DNA of 64,000 nucleotides, from NCBI GenBank assembly GCA_963836205.1, contig CAWIIV010000014.1, positions 64,001-128,000 on the forward strand. The letters are read 5' to 3'. The translations under genes and the position numbers were made by a program. The stretch comes from an uncultured Acidimicrobiia bacterium. Its GTDB lineage: Bacteria; Actinomycetota; Acidimicrobiia; Acidimicrobiales; AC-14. Below the pieces are notes generated by a model that saw only the letters and a list, made by a program, of their open reading frames with translations, ran no database searches and had not been told where the DNA came from. Positions 19,277 to 29,719 of this stretch are shown here, piece by piece. Position 1 is the first letter of the stretch. Every line of letters begins with the position of its first letter.

Positions 19277-20460
19277 CCGGCAGCCACCGGTTCGCGGCCG
19301 GACTGTCCCAGCACCCGTCGCCCGCGGTGGCGGTGGGAGAGGTCCTGGGCCAGGTCCTCGACGCCCTGGGGCCCGACAACCCGCCCGACCTGGCCCTTCT
19401 CTTCGTCACCCCGCCCCACGCGGGGGCGCTGGAGGACGCGGCCAAGGCCATCCGGGAGATGCTGCGGCCGGGCGCCCTCCTCGGCTGCGCCGCGGTGTCG
19501 GTGGTGGGTGGCGGCCGCGAGGTGGAGCAGTCCCCCGGGGTCTCCCTCTGGGCGGGGATGACGGGGCCGGTCACGCCCTTCCACCTCACCGTGGTCGAGA
19601 CACCCGACGGGCAGACGGTCACCGGTTGGCCGGAGGAGATCGAGGACGACCCGAGCGCCCTGTTCCTCATCCCCGACCCCTTCAGCTTCCCGACCGACTC
19701 GTTCCTCCTCCGCCACGACCAGGATCGGCCGGGCCTGCCGGTGGTGGGCGGGATGGCCTCCGCCGCCCGGGGACCGGGGGGCAACCGCCTGGTCGTCGAC
19801 GACCGGGTGGTGAGCACGGGCGCGGTGGGCGCCTTCCTGCCGTCGTCGCTGACGGTGACCACGGTGGTGTCCCAGGGGTGCCGGCCGGTGGGCACACCCT
19901 TCGCCGTCACCCGGGCCGAGGACAACGTGGTGTTCGAGCTGGGGGGCAAGCCGGCCCTGGAGCGTCTGCAGGAGGTGGCGGCGGGGGCCACCGACGCCGA
20001 CCGCCGGCTCCTGTCGCAGTTCGTCCACATCGGCCGGGTCATCGATGAGCGCAAGGTCGACTTCGATCGCGGCGACTTCCTGATCCGCAACGTCCTCGGC
20101 GCCGACCCCCGGGCGGGGGCGATCATGGTGAACGACCTGGTCGAGGTGGGGGCCACCCTCCAGTTCCAGGTGCGCGACGCGGGGTCGGCGGGCGAGGACC
20201 TCACCCAGCTCCTGGGCGCCCGCACGTCGGACGCGGCCCTGCTGTTCACCTGCAACGGGCGGGGCTCGCACATGTTCCCCACCCCCGACCACGACGCCTC
20301 GGTGGTGTCCGCCAGCCTTGGCGGGGTCCCCCTGGCCGGCATGTTCTGCGCCGGCGAGCTGGGCCCCATCGGCGGGCGCAACTTCGTCCACGGCTTCACC
20401 GCGTCCGTGGTGCTCTTCCAGGCTGACAAATCCGGGGCCCCGGGCGACTCGCCGACCTGA
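19273..20460 (+). CDS. FIST (NosP-like) signal transduction protein
   Basis: PVVGGMAS, VSQGCRPVG, FTCNGRG, GMFCAGELGP...FVHGFTAS motifs. Confidence 0.92.
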   Translation: MTGSHRFAAGLSQHPSPAVAVGEVLGQVLDALGPDNPPDLALLFVTPPHAGALEDAAKAIREMLRPGALLGCAAVSVVGGGREVEQSPGVSLWAGMTGPVTPFHLTVVETPDGQTVTGWPEEIEDDPSALFLIPDPFSFPTDSFLLRHDQDRPGLPVVGGMASAARGPGGNRLVVDDRVVSTGAVGAFLPSSLTVTTVVSQGCRPVGTPFAVTRAEDNVVFELGGKPALERLQEVAAGATDADRRLLSQFVHIGRVIDERKVDFDRGDFLIRNVLGADPRAGAIMVNDLVEVGATLQFQVRDAGSAGEDLTQLLGARTSDAALLFTCNGRGSHMFPTPDHDASVVSASLGGVPLAGMFCAGELGPIGGRNFVHGFTASVVLFQADKSGAPGDSPT

Positions 20461-20483
20461 CCGCCCCCCTCAGGGGGGCGGTC
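20459..20483 (+). terminator. GC-rich hairpin after the FIST gene
   Basis: GACCGCCCCCC-TCA-GGGGGGCGGTC. Confidence 0.55.
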
Positions 20484-20549
20484 CACTGCCGGCGGGGTCC
20501 CGCGGACAAACCCCATGTCCAGGTCGGGACCGGGGCTTACACTCGGAAT

Positions 20550-23500
20550 GTGGGAGAACGGCGCTCGGCGGCCATGGCCGCCGTGGTCATCACCGACCTG
20601 GTGGGGTCCACCGACCTCATGGCCACCCTCGGGCGGAGCGATTTCCGGGACTTCCTGCGGGACCACTTCACCCGCCTCCGTGAGGTCGTCGACCAGCACC
20701 GGGGCACCGAGATCAAGACCCTCGGCGACGGGATCCTGGCCACCTTCCCGTCGGCGACCGACGCCGTGGCCTGCGCGGTGGCCATGCAGCAGAGCGTCGA
20801 CCGCCAGGTCCGCCAGGGCGGGGCGCCGGTGGCCATGCGCGTCGGGCTCGCCCTGGGCGAGGTGAGCTTCGACGACGGCGACGTGGTGGGCACGCCGGTG
20901 GTGGAGGCGGCCCGGCTGGTGGCGGCGGCCGGCGGCGGCCAGATCGTGGCATCCGACGTGGTCCGCATCGTCGCCGACGACCCCGACCGGACGCGGTTCG
21001 TGGAGCTGGGGAGCTTCCGCCTCAAGGGACTGCCGACGCCGGTGGACGCGTTCGAGGTCGTCTGGAAGCCGCTCCCGGTGTCGTCGGTGCCACTGCCCGC
21101 CCTCCTCACCGACATCAGCCCCATCTTCGTGGGCCGCGACACCGAGCTCGACCGCTTCCAGGCCGTCTGGGACGACGACGCGTCGGGCGAGCTGCGACTG
21201 GTCCTGCTGGCCGGCGAGCCGGGGGTCGGCAAGACCCGGTTGGCGGCGGAGATGGCGAGCCGGGCCCACCAGGCGGGGTCCACCGTGCTCGCCGGCCGGT
21301 GCGACGAGGACCTGCCCGTCCCCCACCAGCCCTTCGTGGAGGCGCTCCGGCACTTCGTCGACCACTCCCCCGACCTCGCCCTCGACGATTCCCTCGGTCG
21401 CTACGGCGGGGAGCTGGTGCGGCTGGTCCCCGAGCTGACGGCCCGGGTACCGGGCCTGCCCGCGCCCATCCGGTCGGATCCCGAGACCGAGCAGTACCGC
21501 CTGTTCGACGCGGTGGCGGCGTGGCTGGGGCGGGCGTCCGACGACCGCCAGCTGCTCCTCGTCCTCGACGACCTCCAGTGGGCGGCCAGGCCCAGCCTCC
21601 TCCTCCTGCGCCACCTCCTCCGCTCCAGCGGCCTGGGCCGGATCGTCGTCGTCGGCACCTACCGCGACACCGAGCTCACCCACGACCACCCCCTGGTGGG
21701 GATGCTGAGCGACCTCCGCCGCCACCCCCGGGTGAGCCGGCTGTCACTCGACGGGCTGGTCGAGGCCGAGGTCATGGATTTCGTGGAGCAGGCGGCCGGC
21801 CACCAGCTGGCCGACGAGAGCGAGGCCCTGGCCCGGGCCATCCACGCCGAGACCCAGGGCAACCCCTTCTTCCTCCGCGAGGTCCTCCGCCACCTGGTGG
21901 AGACGGGGGCGGTCGTGGTCGACGGGGGGCATTGGGGTGTCGCCCGACCCATCGAGGAGCTGGGCATCCCCGAGGGGGTGCGCGACGTCGTCGGGCGCCG
22001 CCTGGCCCGGCTGTCGGACCAGGCCAACACGGTGATGCGGCTGGCCGCGGTGCAGGGCACCGACTTCGAGCTGGCGGTGCTCCAGGCGGCGGGCGAGTTC
22101 GACGAGGAGGGGGTGCTGTCGGCCCTGGAGGAGGCGCTCGACGCCCGGCTGCTGCTGGAGCCGTCGGGACCGGCCGCCCGCTACCGCTTCTCCCACGCCC
22201 TCGTCCGCCAGACGGTGTACGGCGAGCTCTCCGCCGCCCGCCGGGTGGTGCTTCATCGCAAGATCGGCGAGGCCATCGAGCACATCCACGGGGGACGCAT
22301 CGAGGAGTACCTTCCGGCCCTGGCCCACCACTACGCCCAGGCCTCGATGCCCACCGCCACCACCGGCAAGGCGCTCGACTACGCGGTGCGGGCCGGCGAC
22401 CGGGCGGTGGAGCAGATGGCCAACGACCAGGCCGCGTCGTACTACCTGCGGGCGCTGGAGCTGCTGGAGGTCGGCGGCCAGGCCCACGACGACGCCCGTC
22501 GCCTCGACCTGCTCATGCGCCTCGGCCGGGCCCAGCGGCTGGCGGGCGATCCCGCCCACCGGGAGACGCTGCTGGCCGCGGGCCGGCTGGCCCGCCAACT
22601 GGGCGATGCCGACGCCCTGGCCCAGTCGGCCCTGGCCAACCACCGCGGCCTGTGGGCGACGGTGGGCGGCGTCGACGACGACCGAGTGGCGATGCTCGAG
22701 TCCGCGCTCGACGCCCAGGAGCCGGTCGACAGCCCGGTGCGGGCCCGGCTCATGGCCCGGCTGGCGGTGGAGGTCGTCTACGGGCAGGATCCCAACCGGG
22801 GGCGCGTCGTGAGCGCGGAGGCCCTGGCCATGACCCGCCGCCTGGGCGACCGGGCCACGCTGGCCGAGGTCCTCCTCGCCCGGGTGGTGGCCATCTGGGC
22901 GCCGACGACCGTCGCCGAGCGCCTGGCGCTCACCCGCGAGCTGCTGGAGGTGGCCGGCGAGCTGGGCGACTCAGTGCTGGTGTGCGCGGGATCGTGGCAC
23001 CGCTTCGCGGCGGCAATCGAGGCCGGCGACGTGGCCGAGGCCGACCGCTGCCTCGACGCCGCCGAGGGGCTGGCGGCCGAGCTGGGCCAGCCCACTGCCC
23101 GCTGGTTCACCATGATCCTGCGGGCCAACCGGCTCCTGCTGGCGGGGGAGGTGGAGCGCAGCGAGGCCGTCTCCGACCAGGCCCTGGAGCTGGGCCTGGC
23201 CACCGGCCACCCCGATGCGGTGCTCCTCCACGCGGTCCACGTGTTCAACGTCTGTTTCGAGCGGGGGACGCTCGACCTCGTCGCCGACGGCGTGGCCCGG
23301 GTGACGGCGGCCAACCCCGGCGTCACGTCGCTGCAGGCCACCCTGGCCCTCCTCCACGCCGAGCTGGGCGAGCTCGAGCAGGCCCGAGCCTCCTACGAAC
23401 GGCTTCTCGGCCAGCTCACCGACCTGCGCCAGGAGCCCTACTGGCTGCGGACGGTGACCCAGGCCGCCTACGTCTGCCACCTGCTGGAGGACCGGGTGGG

Positions 23501-23852
23501 GGCGGGCGTCCTGCTCGCGCTGCTGGAGCCGTTCGCCGACCAGGCGGTCTGCACCGGCCTCAGCTCGGGCGGCTCGGTGTCGTACTACATGGGCCTGCTG
23601 GCCGCGACCCTCGGCCGCCTGGAGGACGCCGACGCCAGCCTGGCCCGGGCCGAGCGGGCCCACGCCGCCATCCCCGCCCCCGCCTGGCTGGCCCGCACCC
23701 ACCTGGCCCGGGCCGGCGTCCTCCTCCAACGCGACCTCCCCACCGACGCCCACCAGGCCCGGTCGCTCGTCCGCCAGGCCCTCACCACGTCGCGTGCCCT
23801 GGGGCTGACCCCACTCGAACGCCAGGCGACGAAGGTCCTGAGCACTCGCTGA
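20550..23852 (+). CDS. Class III adenylate/guanylate cyclase fused to STAND (AAA) ATPase and TPR-like helical region
   Basis: ITDLVGST, IKTLGDG, DVVGTPVVEAARL; Walker A GEPGVGKT, Walker B LVLDDLQWA, TQGNPFF, FSHALVR; TACACT -10 at 20538-20543. Confidence 0.92.
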   Translation: MGERRSAAMAAVVITDLVGSTDLMATLGRSDFRDFLRDHFTRLREVVDQHRGTEIKTLGDGILATFPSATDAVACAVAMQQSVDRQVRQGGAPVAMRVGLALGEVSFDDGDVVGTPVVEAARLVAAAGGGQIVASDVVRIVADDPDRTRFVELGSFRLKGLPTPVDAFEVVWKPLPVSSVPLPALLTDISPIFVGRDTELDRFQAVWDDDASGELRLVLLAGEPGVGKTRLAAEMASRAHQAGSTVLAGRCDEDLPVPHQPFVEALRHFVDHSPDLALDDSLGRYGGELVRLVPELTARVPGLPAPIRSDPETEQYRLFDAVAAWLGRASDDRQLLLVLDDLQWAARPSLLLLRHLLRSSGLGRIVVVGTYRDTELTHDHPLVGMLSDLRRHPRVSRLSLDGLVEAEVMDFVEQAAGHQLADESEALARAIHAETQGNPFFLREVLRHLVETGAVVVDGGHWGVARPIEELGIPEGVRDVVGRRLARLSDQANTVMRLAAVQGTDFELAVLQAAGEFDEEGVLSALEEALDARLLLEPSGPAARYRFSHALVRQTVYGELSAARRVVLHRKIGEAIEHIHGGRIEEYLPALAHHYAQASMPTATTGKALDYAVRAGDRAVEQMANDQAASYYLRALELLEVGGQAHDDARRLDLLMRLGRAQRLAGDPAHRETLLAAGRLARQLGDADALAQSALANHRGLWATVGGVDDDRVAMLESALDAQEPVDSPVRARLMARLAVEVVYGQDPNRGRVVSAEALAMTRRLGDRATLAEVLLARVVAIWAPTTVAERLALTRELLEVAGELGDSVLVCAGSWHRFAAAIEAGDVAEADRCLDAAEGLAAELGQPTARWFTMILRANRLLLAGEVERSEAVSDQALELGLATGHPDAVLLHAVHVFNVCFERGTLDLVADGVARVTAANPGVTSLQATLALLHAELGELEQARASYERLLGQLTDLRQEPYWLRTVTQAAYVCHLLEDRVGAGVLLALLEPFADQAVCTGLSSGGSVSYYMGLLAATLGRLEDADASLARAERAHAAIPAPAWLARTHLARAGVLLQRDLPTDAHQARSLVRQALTTSRALGLTPLERQATKVLSTR

Positions 23853-23859
23853 CAACGAG

Positions 23860-23977
23860 AACCGGGGCGGCCGCCCCGCCGCAGGCGGTCGCCCCGGTTG
23901 ACCCGACCCCCGCCGGCCCGCCAAGCCGGCTCCGCCGCCGGGGGAGGGTTCGGGAGGGGCCCCGCCCCCCCTCCCGA
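23860..23977. terminator. Cluster of GC-rich hairpins between convergent genes
   Basis: 16-bp stem 23860-23899 and TCGGGAGGGG/CCCCTCCCGA at 23950-23977. Confidence 0.55.
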
Positions 23978-23980
23978 GAC

Positions 23981-25504
23981 TTAGCCGTTGACGCTCGCCT
24001 CCAGCTTCTCGGGGGACACCCGCCAGTAGGCGTGCTCCTCCTTCCGGATCTTGGCCTCGAGCTCCTCCAGGTCGGCCCGGAAGGCGTCGAAGGCGGCCCT
24101 GCCGGCCTGGTCGACGGCCAGGTAGCCGAAGTCGTGCAGGATCGGCGTCCGCTGGACGTTGAGCATGAGGTTGACGTTCACCAACCGCTGGTAGACGTCG
24201 ACAGGGACGCGGCGGCCGTCCCGTCGCACCCGGACGGGCTGGACGTGGGGCCACACCTGGTAGTTCCAGAGCCCGGAACCCATGATGTCGTGCTCCACCG
24301 TCCCGACGAACATCAGGATGGCGGCCAGCCGGGCCACCTCGTCCACCGTCATCTGCGCACTCACCACGCCCCCGACGCCCCCGGGGAGCCGACGGTTGAG
24401 GTCGGCGATCCAGGCCACCACCGCCGGGTCGGCCCGAAGGGCGGCGTCGGACGGGTAGGCGACGTGCAGGTAGCGCTGGGCGTGGCGGTACATGACGTCG
24501 AAGTGGGCCCGACGATTCTCGAGCGAGGGCTGGTCGAAGGGCGCCATCGAAAGACCCCGCCGGTCGGCGTCGGCATCGGGATCGAAGGCGGCGATGTCGT
24601 GGTCGCCGTAGGTGTCGGACAGCAGGTGACACAGCCCATCGTGGGTGAAGCTGAACACGCTCTCGTAGTCGCCGCCCTTCATGAGCAGGATCTCGGTGAC
24701 CAGCTCGTTGGAGTACTGGGTGCCCCACTGGTGGGGCCACAGGAGACGGTTGAGTCGGTGGCCTGCCGGAAGCCAGTTGCGGCTGGCCACCGAGCTCTGG
24801 GCCACCGCCGCCAGGTGGACCCAGTTGAAGTGGCGAACCAGGGTCAGGTGGTTGGTGGCCGCGGCCAGCGCCAGGCGCTGGGCCTGCTCCCACAACGGGT
24901 GGCTGGGGGTGACCACACCCAGCTCGCAGTCGATCTCGACCGCAGAAAGGCCCCGCTGGTCGTCGTCGACCTCGAACCGCACCCGCACACCGAGCGAGCG
25001 CAGGCCCTGGTGGTGCTCGTACCGGCCCAGGTCCCGGAAGTCCCACTCGTACGAGGTGAGGGGATCGCTCGCGTCGACCGCCTGCAGGTAGTAGGAGTAC
25101 GGGCCGGCGACGGCGAGCTGCCCGAGGTTGATCTGGCCCCGGTACTCCTCCGGCAGCGCCGGCACCGGGAACTTCGACTTCCGGTGCGTCCGGCCGTAGG
25201 CGGAGGCCATGGCGAGCGAAGGGTCGGAGCTGATCGAGGGAAGCCCCGGCTGTCCGGGAGGAAAGACCCGGTACAGGAAGGCCTGGACCCGGCAGAAGCC
25301 GAGCCGGAACCGGTTGTACTCGTCATCCGGCACGTGGTTGGCGACGAGGATGTTGTCGATCGGGATCCCCGGGTAGCGCACCCGCATCGGGATCGTGCGC
25401 AGCTTCCGCGCGCTCTCGGTCGGCAGCGGTGCGTACTGCTCCTCGTTGGCCCGGAACTTTTTCACCGTCAGCCAATTCCAGAATGCCCTGCGAATCTTCC
25501 ACAT
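23981..25504 (-). CDS. Lipoxygenase-family protein (short, atypical metal ligands)
   Basis: WEQAQRLA (WxxAK-like), HLTLVRHFNWVHL, LPAGHRLNRLLWPH, TVEHDIMG, C-terminal ASVNG. Confidence 0.82.
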   Translation of the reverse strand: MWKIRRAFWNWLTVKKFRANEEQYAPLPTESARKLRTIPMRVRYPGIPIDNILVANHVPDDEYNRFRLGFCRVQAFLYRVFPPGQPGLPSISSDPSLAMASAYGRTHRKSKFPVPALPEEYRGQINLGQLAVAGPYSYYLQAVDASDPLTSYEWDFRDLGRYEHHQGLRSLGVRVRFEVDDDQRGLSAVEIDCELGVVTPSHPLWEQAQRLALAAATNHLTLVRHFNWVHLAAVAQSSVASRNWLPAGHRLNRLLWPHQWGTQYSNELVTEILLMKGGDYESVFSFTHDGLCHLLSDTYGDHDIAAFDPDADADRRGLSMAPFDQPSLENRRAHFDVMYRHAQRYLHVAYPSDAALRADPAVVAWIADLNRRLPGGVGGVVSAQMTVDEVARLAAILMFVGTVEHDIMGSGLWNYQVWPHVQPVRVRRDGRRVPVDVYQRLVNVNLMLNVQRTPILHDFGYLAVDQAGRAAFDAFRADLEELEAKIRKEEHAYWRVSPEKLEASVNG

Positions 25505-25777
25505 CTCGCCCTGCCCCCAGTCTCAGAATCCGCCGGTCCTACCGTCCACCGCGGCACGACTCCTTCCTTAGAGCGCCGACGCGGCCCGCTGATACGCGGT
25601 TGCTACCTGTCACTACGGCGCTCCGCCGCCCTGGCCACGTTCGCCCTCGTGGGGTGAGTCGAGGATGGGTATTCGCTCCGCATAGCTCCTGCTCCAGTCC
25701 CGGCCGTCGTTGCCGACCGTCGTCACCAGCCTGGTCAGCGACGCCGTCGGCGACGATGCCGACCATCACCTTCCGGG

Positions 25778-25793
25778 TGTGACGGCGGACACA
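25778..25793. promoter_or_regulatory. CRP-family box TGTGA-N6-ACACA
   Basis: 9/10 match to TGTGA-N6-TCACA, in the divergent lox/crp intergenic region. Confidence 0.65.
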
Positions 25794-25836
25794 CTCGCCC
25801 GGGCCGGCGGGCCTGCCCCGGTAGGGTCGGGCGCAC

Positions 25837-26475
25837 GTGGAATGGCGCTTGCTGCGGGACGTCCCCGACGACAAGGTGCGACGGGTCCTCTCGGCCGCCC
25901 GGCGGCGCCGGTTCGCGAGAGGGTCGGTGCTCTTCCACGAGGGCGACCCCGCCACCACGCTGCACCTGCTCGCCAAGGGACGGGTCGCGGTGCGGGTCAC
26001 CACGCCCCGGGGCGACGTGCTCACGGTCGACCTCCTCGGCGCCGGCGACGTGGTGGGCGAGCTCGCCTTCCTGGCCACCGACGCCCGGCGCACGGCCACC
26101 GTCGTCGCCTTGGAGGCGACCGAGACGCTGGTCCTCGACCGGGCCGTGTTCGACGAGCTGAGCAGCCACGACCCGTCGGTCTCGGAAGTCCTCCTGCACG
26201 TGCTGGCCGAGCGCATCCGCCGCCTCGACGCCCGGCTGCTGGAGGCCCTCTTCGTGCCCGCCGACACCCGGATCCTGCGCCGCCTGGAGGAGCTGGCGGC
26301 GACCTATGGCGGCGTCATCCCCCTCACCCAGGAGGACCTGGCCGGCCTGGCCGGCACCACCCGGGCCACCGTCAACCGGGTCCTGCGCCGGGAGCTCCAG
26401 TCGGGCACGATCACCGCCAGCCGGGGCCGGATCACCGTGGTCGACGGCGAGGCCCTGGCCCGACGGGCGCGCTGA
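25837..26475 (+). CDS. Crp/Fnr-family transcriptional regulator
   Basis: [14 protein letters not shown]...RRTATV cNMP pocket; [24 protein letters not shown]. Confidence 0.93.
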   Translation: MEWRLLRDVPDDKVRRVLSAARRRRFARGSVLFHEGDPATTLHLLAKGRVAVRVTTPRGDVLTVDLLGAGDVVGELAFLATDARRTATVVALEATETLVLDRAVFDELSSHDPSVSEVLLHVLAERIRRLDARLLEALFVPADTRILRRLEELAATYGGVIPLTQEDLAGLAGTTRATVNRVLRRELQSGTITASRGRITVVDGEALARRAR

Positions 26476-26569
26476 CCACGTCGCCGCCGCCGCCCGTGGG
26501 CGCGACCGGGAAGACGGCTTCGGGGCGCTTTTGTCGTTAGCATCCGTCCCTGCGGGAAAGGGGGGAACC

Positions 26570-29323
26570 GTGGGGGTCGACTACCGGCGAATCCGGAATG
26601 CGCTGCCTGAGGGGCGGACGCTGCCGGAGGACCTCTGGTCCCGCCGCCATCGCGGCATCCTCGTCCTCCTGTGGGCCCACGCCGCCCTGATCCCTTTGTT
26701 CGCCATCGGCAGGGGATTCCGACTCACCCACGTGCTCATGGAGGGGGCCGTCGTCCCCCTCACCGCGCTGCTGGCGACGACGCCGAGACTCAACCGCCGT
26801 CAGCGCAGCGCGGCCGCCTCGATCGGCCTGCTGTCGTGTTCCGCGGTGCTGGTGCACCTGTCGGGCGGCGTCATCGAGATGCACTTCCACTTCTTCGTCA
26901 TGGTCGCGGTGGTGGCTCTGTACCAGGACTGGGTCTGCTTCCTCGCCGCCATCGGCTACGTGCTCGTGCACCACGGGATCCTCGGGGCGCTCGATCCGGA
27001 GTCGGTCTTCAACCACTACGCAGCCCTCAACCACCCCTGGAAGTGGGCGGCCATCCACGCCTTCTTCATCACCGGCATCAGCGTGGCGTGCCTCGTGACC
27101 TGGCGGCTGGACGAGAACCTGCTCGACCGGGAGCGTGAGGCCGAGGAACGCCTGCGGGAGGAAACCCGCATCGTGGAGACGCTCAACGACGTCGGGCGGA
27201 CGGTCGCCGCCGAGCTCGACCTGCGGGCGGTGGTGCAGACGGTCACCGACGCCGCCACCGAAGTCACCGCGGCTGCCTCCGGGGCGTTCTTCTACAACGT
27301 CGTCGATGCCCGCGGCGAGTCGTACATGCTCTCCACGCTCTCCGGCGTGCCCACCGAGGCGTTCACCGGTTTCCCCATGCCGAGGGACACGGCCGTGTTC
27401 GGCCCGAACTTCGCCGGCGAGGGCACCGTGCGCCTCGACGACGTCACCCGCGACCCCCGCTACGGCCACACCCCGCCCCACTTCGGCCTGCCCAACGGCC
27501 ACCCGCCGGTCCGCAGCTACCTGGCGGTGCCCGTACGGTCGGCGCGGGGGGAGGTGCTCGGGGGGTTGTTCCTCTGGCATCCGGAGCCGGCTCGTTTCTC
27601 CGACGTCGACGAACGCCTGGTCGAGGGGATCGCGGCCCACGCCGCCGTCGCCATCGACAACGCCCGCCTCTACGAGGCCGAGCGCAAGTCCCGCGAGCTG
27701 GCGGAACGGGCCCAGGGCCGGCTGGCGGTGCTCGCCGACGCCAGCCGGGCGCTGGCCTCGTCGCTCGACGCCGACCGCATCCTCGACGAAATGGCCGGCA
27801 TCGTCGTGCCCGCCCTGGCCGACCGCTGCGACGTGTTCCTCGCCGGCGACGACGGCCTCCTCCGTCCCGTCGTGGCCGCCGGGGGCGATCCCGGGGCGGA
27901 CCGGTCGCCGGTCGCCGCCACCGGTGCCGCCGCCGGTGCCGACGAGCCGGTCGCCCGTTGCTTCGGCACCGGCCGGAGCATCGTGCTCGGTGCCGACTCG
28001 GACGGGCCGGCCGCGGCGGGGGTCGCGGTGGCATCGGCGATCGTGGTGCCGCTGGTCGGTCCCCACGGTCCCCTCGGAGTCCTCTCGCTGAGCACGTCCG
28101 CCGAGTCGGGCCGCGTCCTCGACCACGACGACGTGTCGCTGGCCGAGGAGGTGGGCCGGCGGGCGGCGGTGGCGGTCGAGCACGCCCGCCTCTACGCCGG
28201 CCAACGCACCGCGGCCGAGACCCTCCAGCACAGCCTGCTGCCGGAGGTCCTGCCCGAGCTACCGGGGATCGCCATCGCCAGCCGCTACCTCGCCGGTGGG
28301 CCCGACGTCGACGTCGGCGGCGACTGGTACGACGTGCTGGCCCTGCCCGACGGCCGCCTGGCCCTGGCCATGGGCGACGTCGTCGGGCGGGGCGTGCCGG
28401 CGGCGTCGCTGATGGGCCAGCTGCGCAACGGGCTGCGGGCCTACGTGGTCGAGGGCCGCTCACCGGCCCAGGTCCTGTCCCTGCTCAACCGGCTCCTGCG
28501 CGACGTCGGTGCGCCCCACCAGATGGCCACGGTGGTCGTGATGGTGCTCGACCCCGAGACCGGCGAGGTCTGCTACTCCAACGCCGGGCACCCCCCGCCG
28601 CTGGTGGGGACGGGCGACGGCGGCACCCATTTTCTGGAGGATGCGGTCTGCGTGCCCCTGGGCGCCATCGGCCACGCCGAGTACACCGAGGCCAAGTTGG
28701 TCCTCACCCCCGGCTCGACCCTGATCCTCTACACCGACGGCCTGGTGGAGGACCGCACCATGGCGCTCGACGTCGGGCTCGACCGGCTGCGATCCGACCT
28801 GCTCACCGGCCCCGACGACGTCAACGCGCTGTGCGAGCACCTCACCGCCCACCTGCGGGAGGCGGGACCGGCCCAGGACGACATGGCCATCCTGGCCGTG
28901 CGGTGGCTGGCGCTGGGGCCGACGCTCGAGTTCCAGCTGCCCAGCCAGGCCCGGGTCCTGCGCCCCCTGCGGGCCACCCTGCGCCGGTGGCTGGCGGCGG
29001 GGGGCGTCACCGACCACGAGGCGTTCGAGATCCTGGTGGCGACCTCGGAAGCGTGCGCCAACGCCATCCGCCACGGGGCCTCGAGCGCCACCCATTTCGA
29101 CCTCCGGGCCGAGCTCAACGGCGACGTCTCCATCGTGGTGCGCAGCTCCGGCGGGTGGCGCGAGCGGCGGCCGTCGGCGCCCGGGGGGCGGGGGCTCGAC
29201 ATCATGCGCCAGTTCATGGACGACACCGAGGTCGAAGGCGGGCTGGACGCCACCGAGATCCGGATGCGCCGCCGGCTGGTCAACAGCTGCCTGGGTGCGG
29301 AACCGGTTGTCGATGCGACTTGA
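26570..29323 (+). CDS. Membrane sensor-GAF-GAF-PP2C (SpoIIE/RsbU) phosphatase fused to RsbW-like HATPase
   Basis: TM region with IEMHFHFF; GAF domains; VGGDWYD, GDVVGRG, NAGHPPP, YTDGL, DDMAIL; [13 protein letters not shown] and GRGL. Confidence 0.92.
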   Translation: MGVDYRRIRNALPEGRTLPEDLWSRRHRGILVLLWAHAALIPLFAIGRGFRLTHVLMEGAVVPLTALLATTPRLNRRQRSAAASIGLLSCSAVLVHLSGGVIEMHFHFFVMVAVVALYQDWVCFLAAIGYVLVHHGILGALDPESVFNHYAALNHPWKWAAIHAFFITGISVACLVTWRLDENLLDREREAEERLREETRIVETLNDVGRTVAAELDLRAVVQTVTDAATEVTAAASGAFFYNVVDARGESYMLSTLSGVPTEAFTGFPMPRDTAVFGPNFAGEGTVRLDDVTRDPRYGHTPPHFGLPNGHPPVRSYLAVPVRSARGEVLGGLFLWHPEPARFSDVDERLVEGIAAHAAVAIDNARLYEAERKSRELAERAQGRLAVLADASRALASSLDADRILDEMAGIVVPALADRCDVFLAGDDGLLRPVVAAGGDPGADRSPVAATGAAAGADEPVARCFGTGRSIVLGADSDGPAAAGVAVASAIVVPLVGPHGPLGVLSLSTSAESGRVLDHDDVSLAEEVGRRAAVAVEHARLYAGQRTAAETLQHSLLPEVLPELPGIAIASRYLAGGPDVDVGGDWYDVLALPDGRLALAMGDVVGRGVPAASLMGQLRNGLRAYVVEGRSPAQVLSLLNRLLRDVGAPHQMATVVVMVLDPETGEVCYSNAGHPPPLVGTGDGGTHFLEDAVCVPLGAIGHAEYTEAKLVLTPGSTLILYTDGLVEDRTMALDVGLDRLRSDLLTGPDDVNALCEHLTAHLREAGPAQDDMAILAVRWLALGPTLEFQLPSQARVLRPLRATLRRWLAAGGVTDHEAFEILVATSEACANAIRHGASSATHFDLRAELNGDVSIVVRSSGGWRERRPSAPGGRGLDIMRQFMDDTEVEGGLDATEIRMRRRLVNSCLGAEPVVDAT

Positions 29324-29678
29324 CCTGGGCGACGACGGCGACGACTGGGGCGTCGACGGGGGCGTCGTCGTGGCCCGCATCGAGGGCGACATCGACTTCG
29401 GCTCGGCCGGCGACCTCGGCGCCGACATCCTCCGGGCTCTGCCCGACACCGCCATCGGCCTGGTGCTCGATCTCACCGAGGTGCGCTACGTCGACAGCGG
29501 GGGCGTGCGGGTCTTCTTCGAGCTGGCCGCCCACCTCGCCGGCTCCGGTCGCCGGGTGGCGCTGGCGGTGCCCGAGACCTCGCCCATCCGCCGGTTGATC
29601 AAGATCACCCGCCTGGAGGAGGCCGTCCTCCTCTGCACCGCCGCCCCCGAATGCGCGGAGATGCTCCGAACCACATAG
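29313..29678 (+). CDS. STAS-domain anti-sigma factor antagonist
   Basis: [19 protein letters not shown] (phospho-Ser motif). Confidence 0.88.
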   Translation: MRLDLGDDGDDWGVDGGVVVARIEGDIDFGSAGDLGADILRALPDTAIGLVLDLTEVRYVDSGGVRVFFELAAHLAGSGRRVALAVPETSPIRRLIKITRLEEAVLLCTAAPECAEMLRTT

Positions 29679-29684
29679 CCCCGG

Positions 29685-29710
29685 GGAACCGGCGGCGGCC
29701 GTCGTGCGTC
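29685..29710 (+). promoter_or_regulatory. ECF-type promoter GGAACC-N16-CGTC (likely autoregulatory)
   Basis: Lies just upstream of the ECF gene start at 29720. Confidence 0.65.
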
Positions 29711-29719
29711 TGTGCGAGG

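Noticed and set aside
17125-25657. Very long alternative-frame ORFs (e.g. 17125-20460 upstream part, 19131-21725, 21299-25657)
   Set aside because: Arg/Pro/Gly-rich shadow ORFs expected from high GC and stop-codon scarcity; they overlap well-supported genes.
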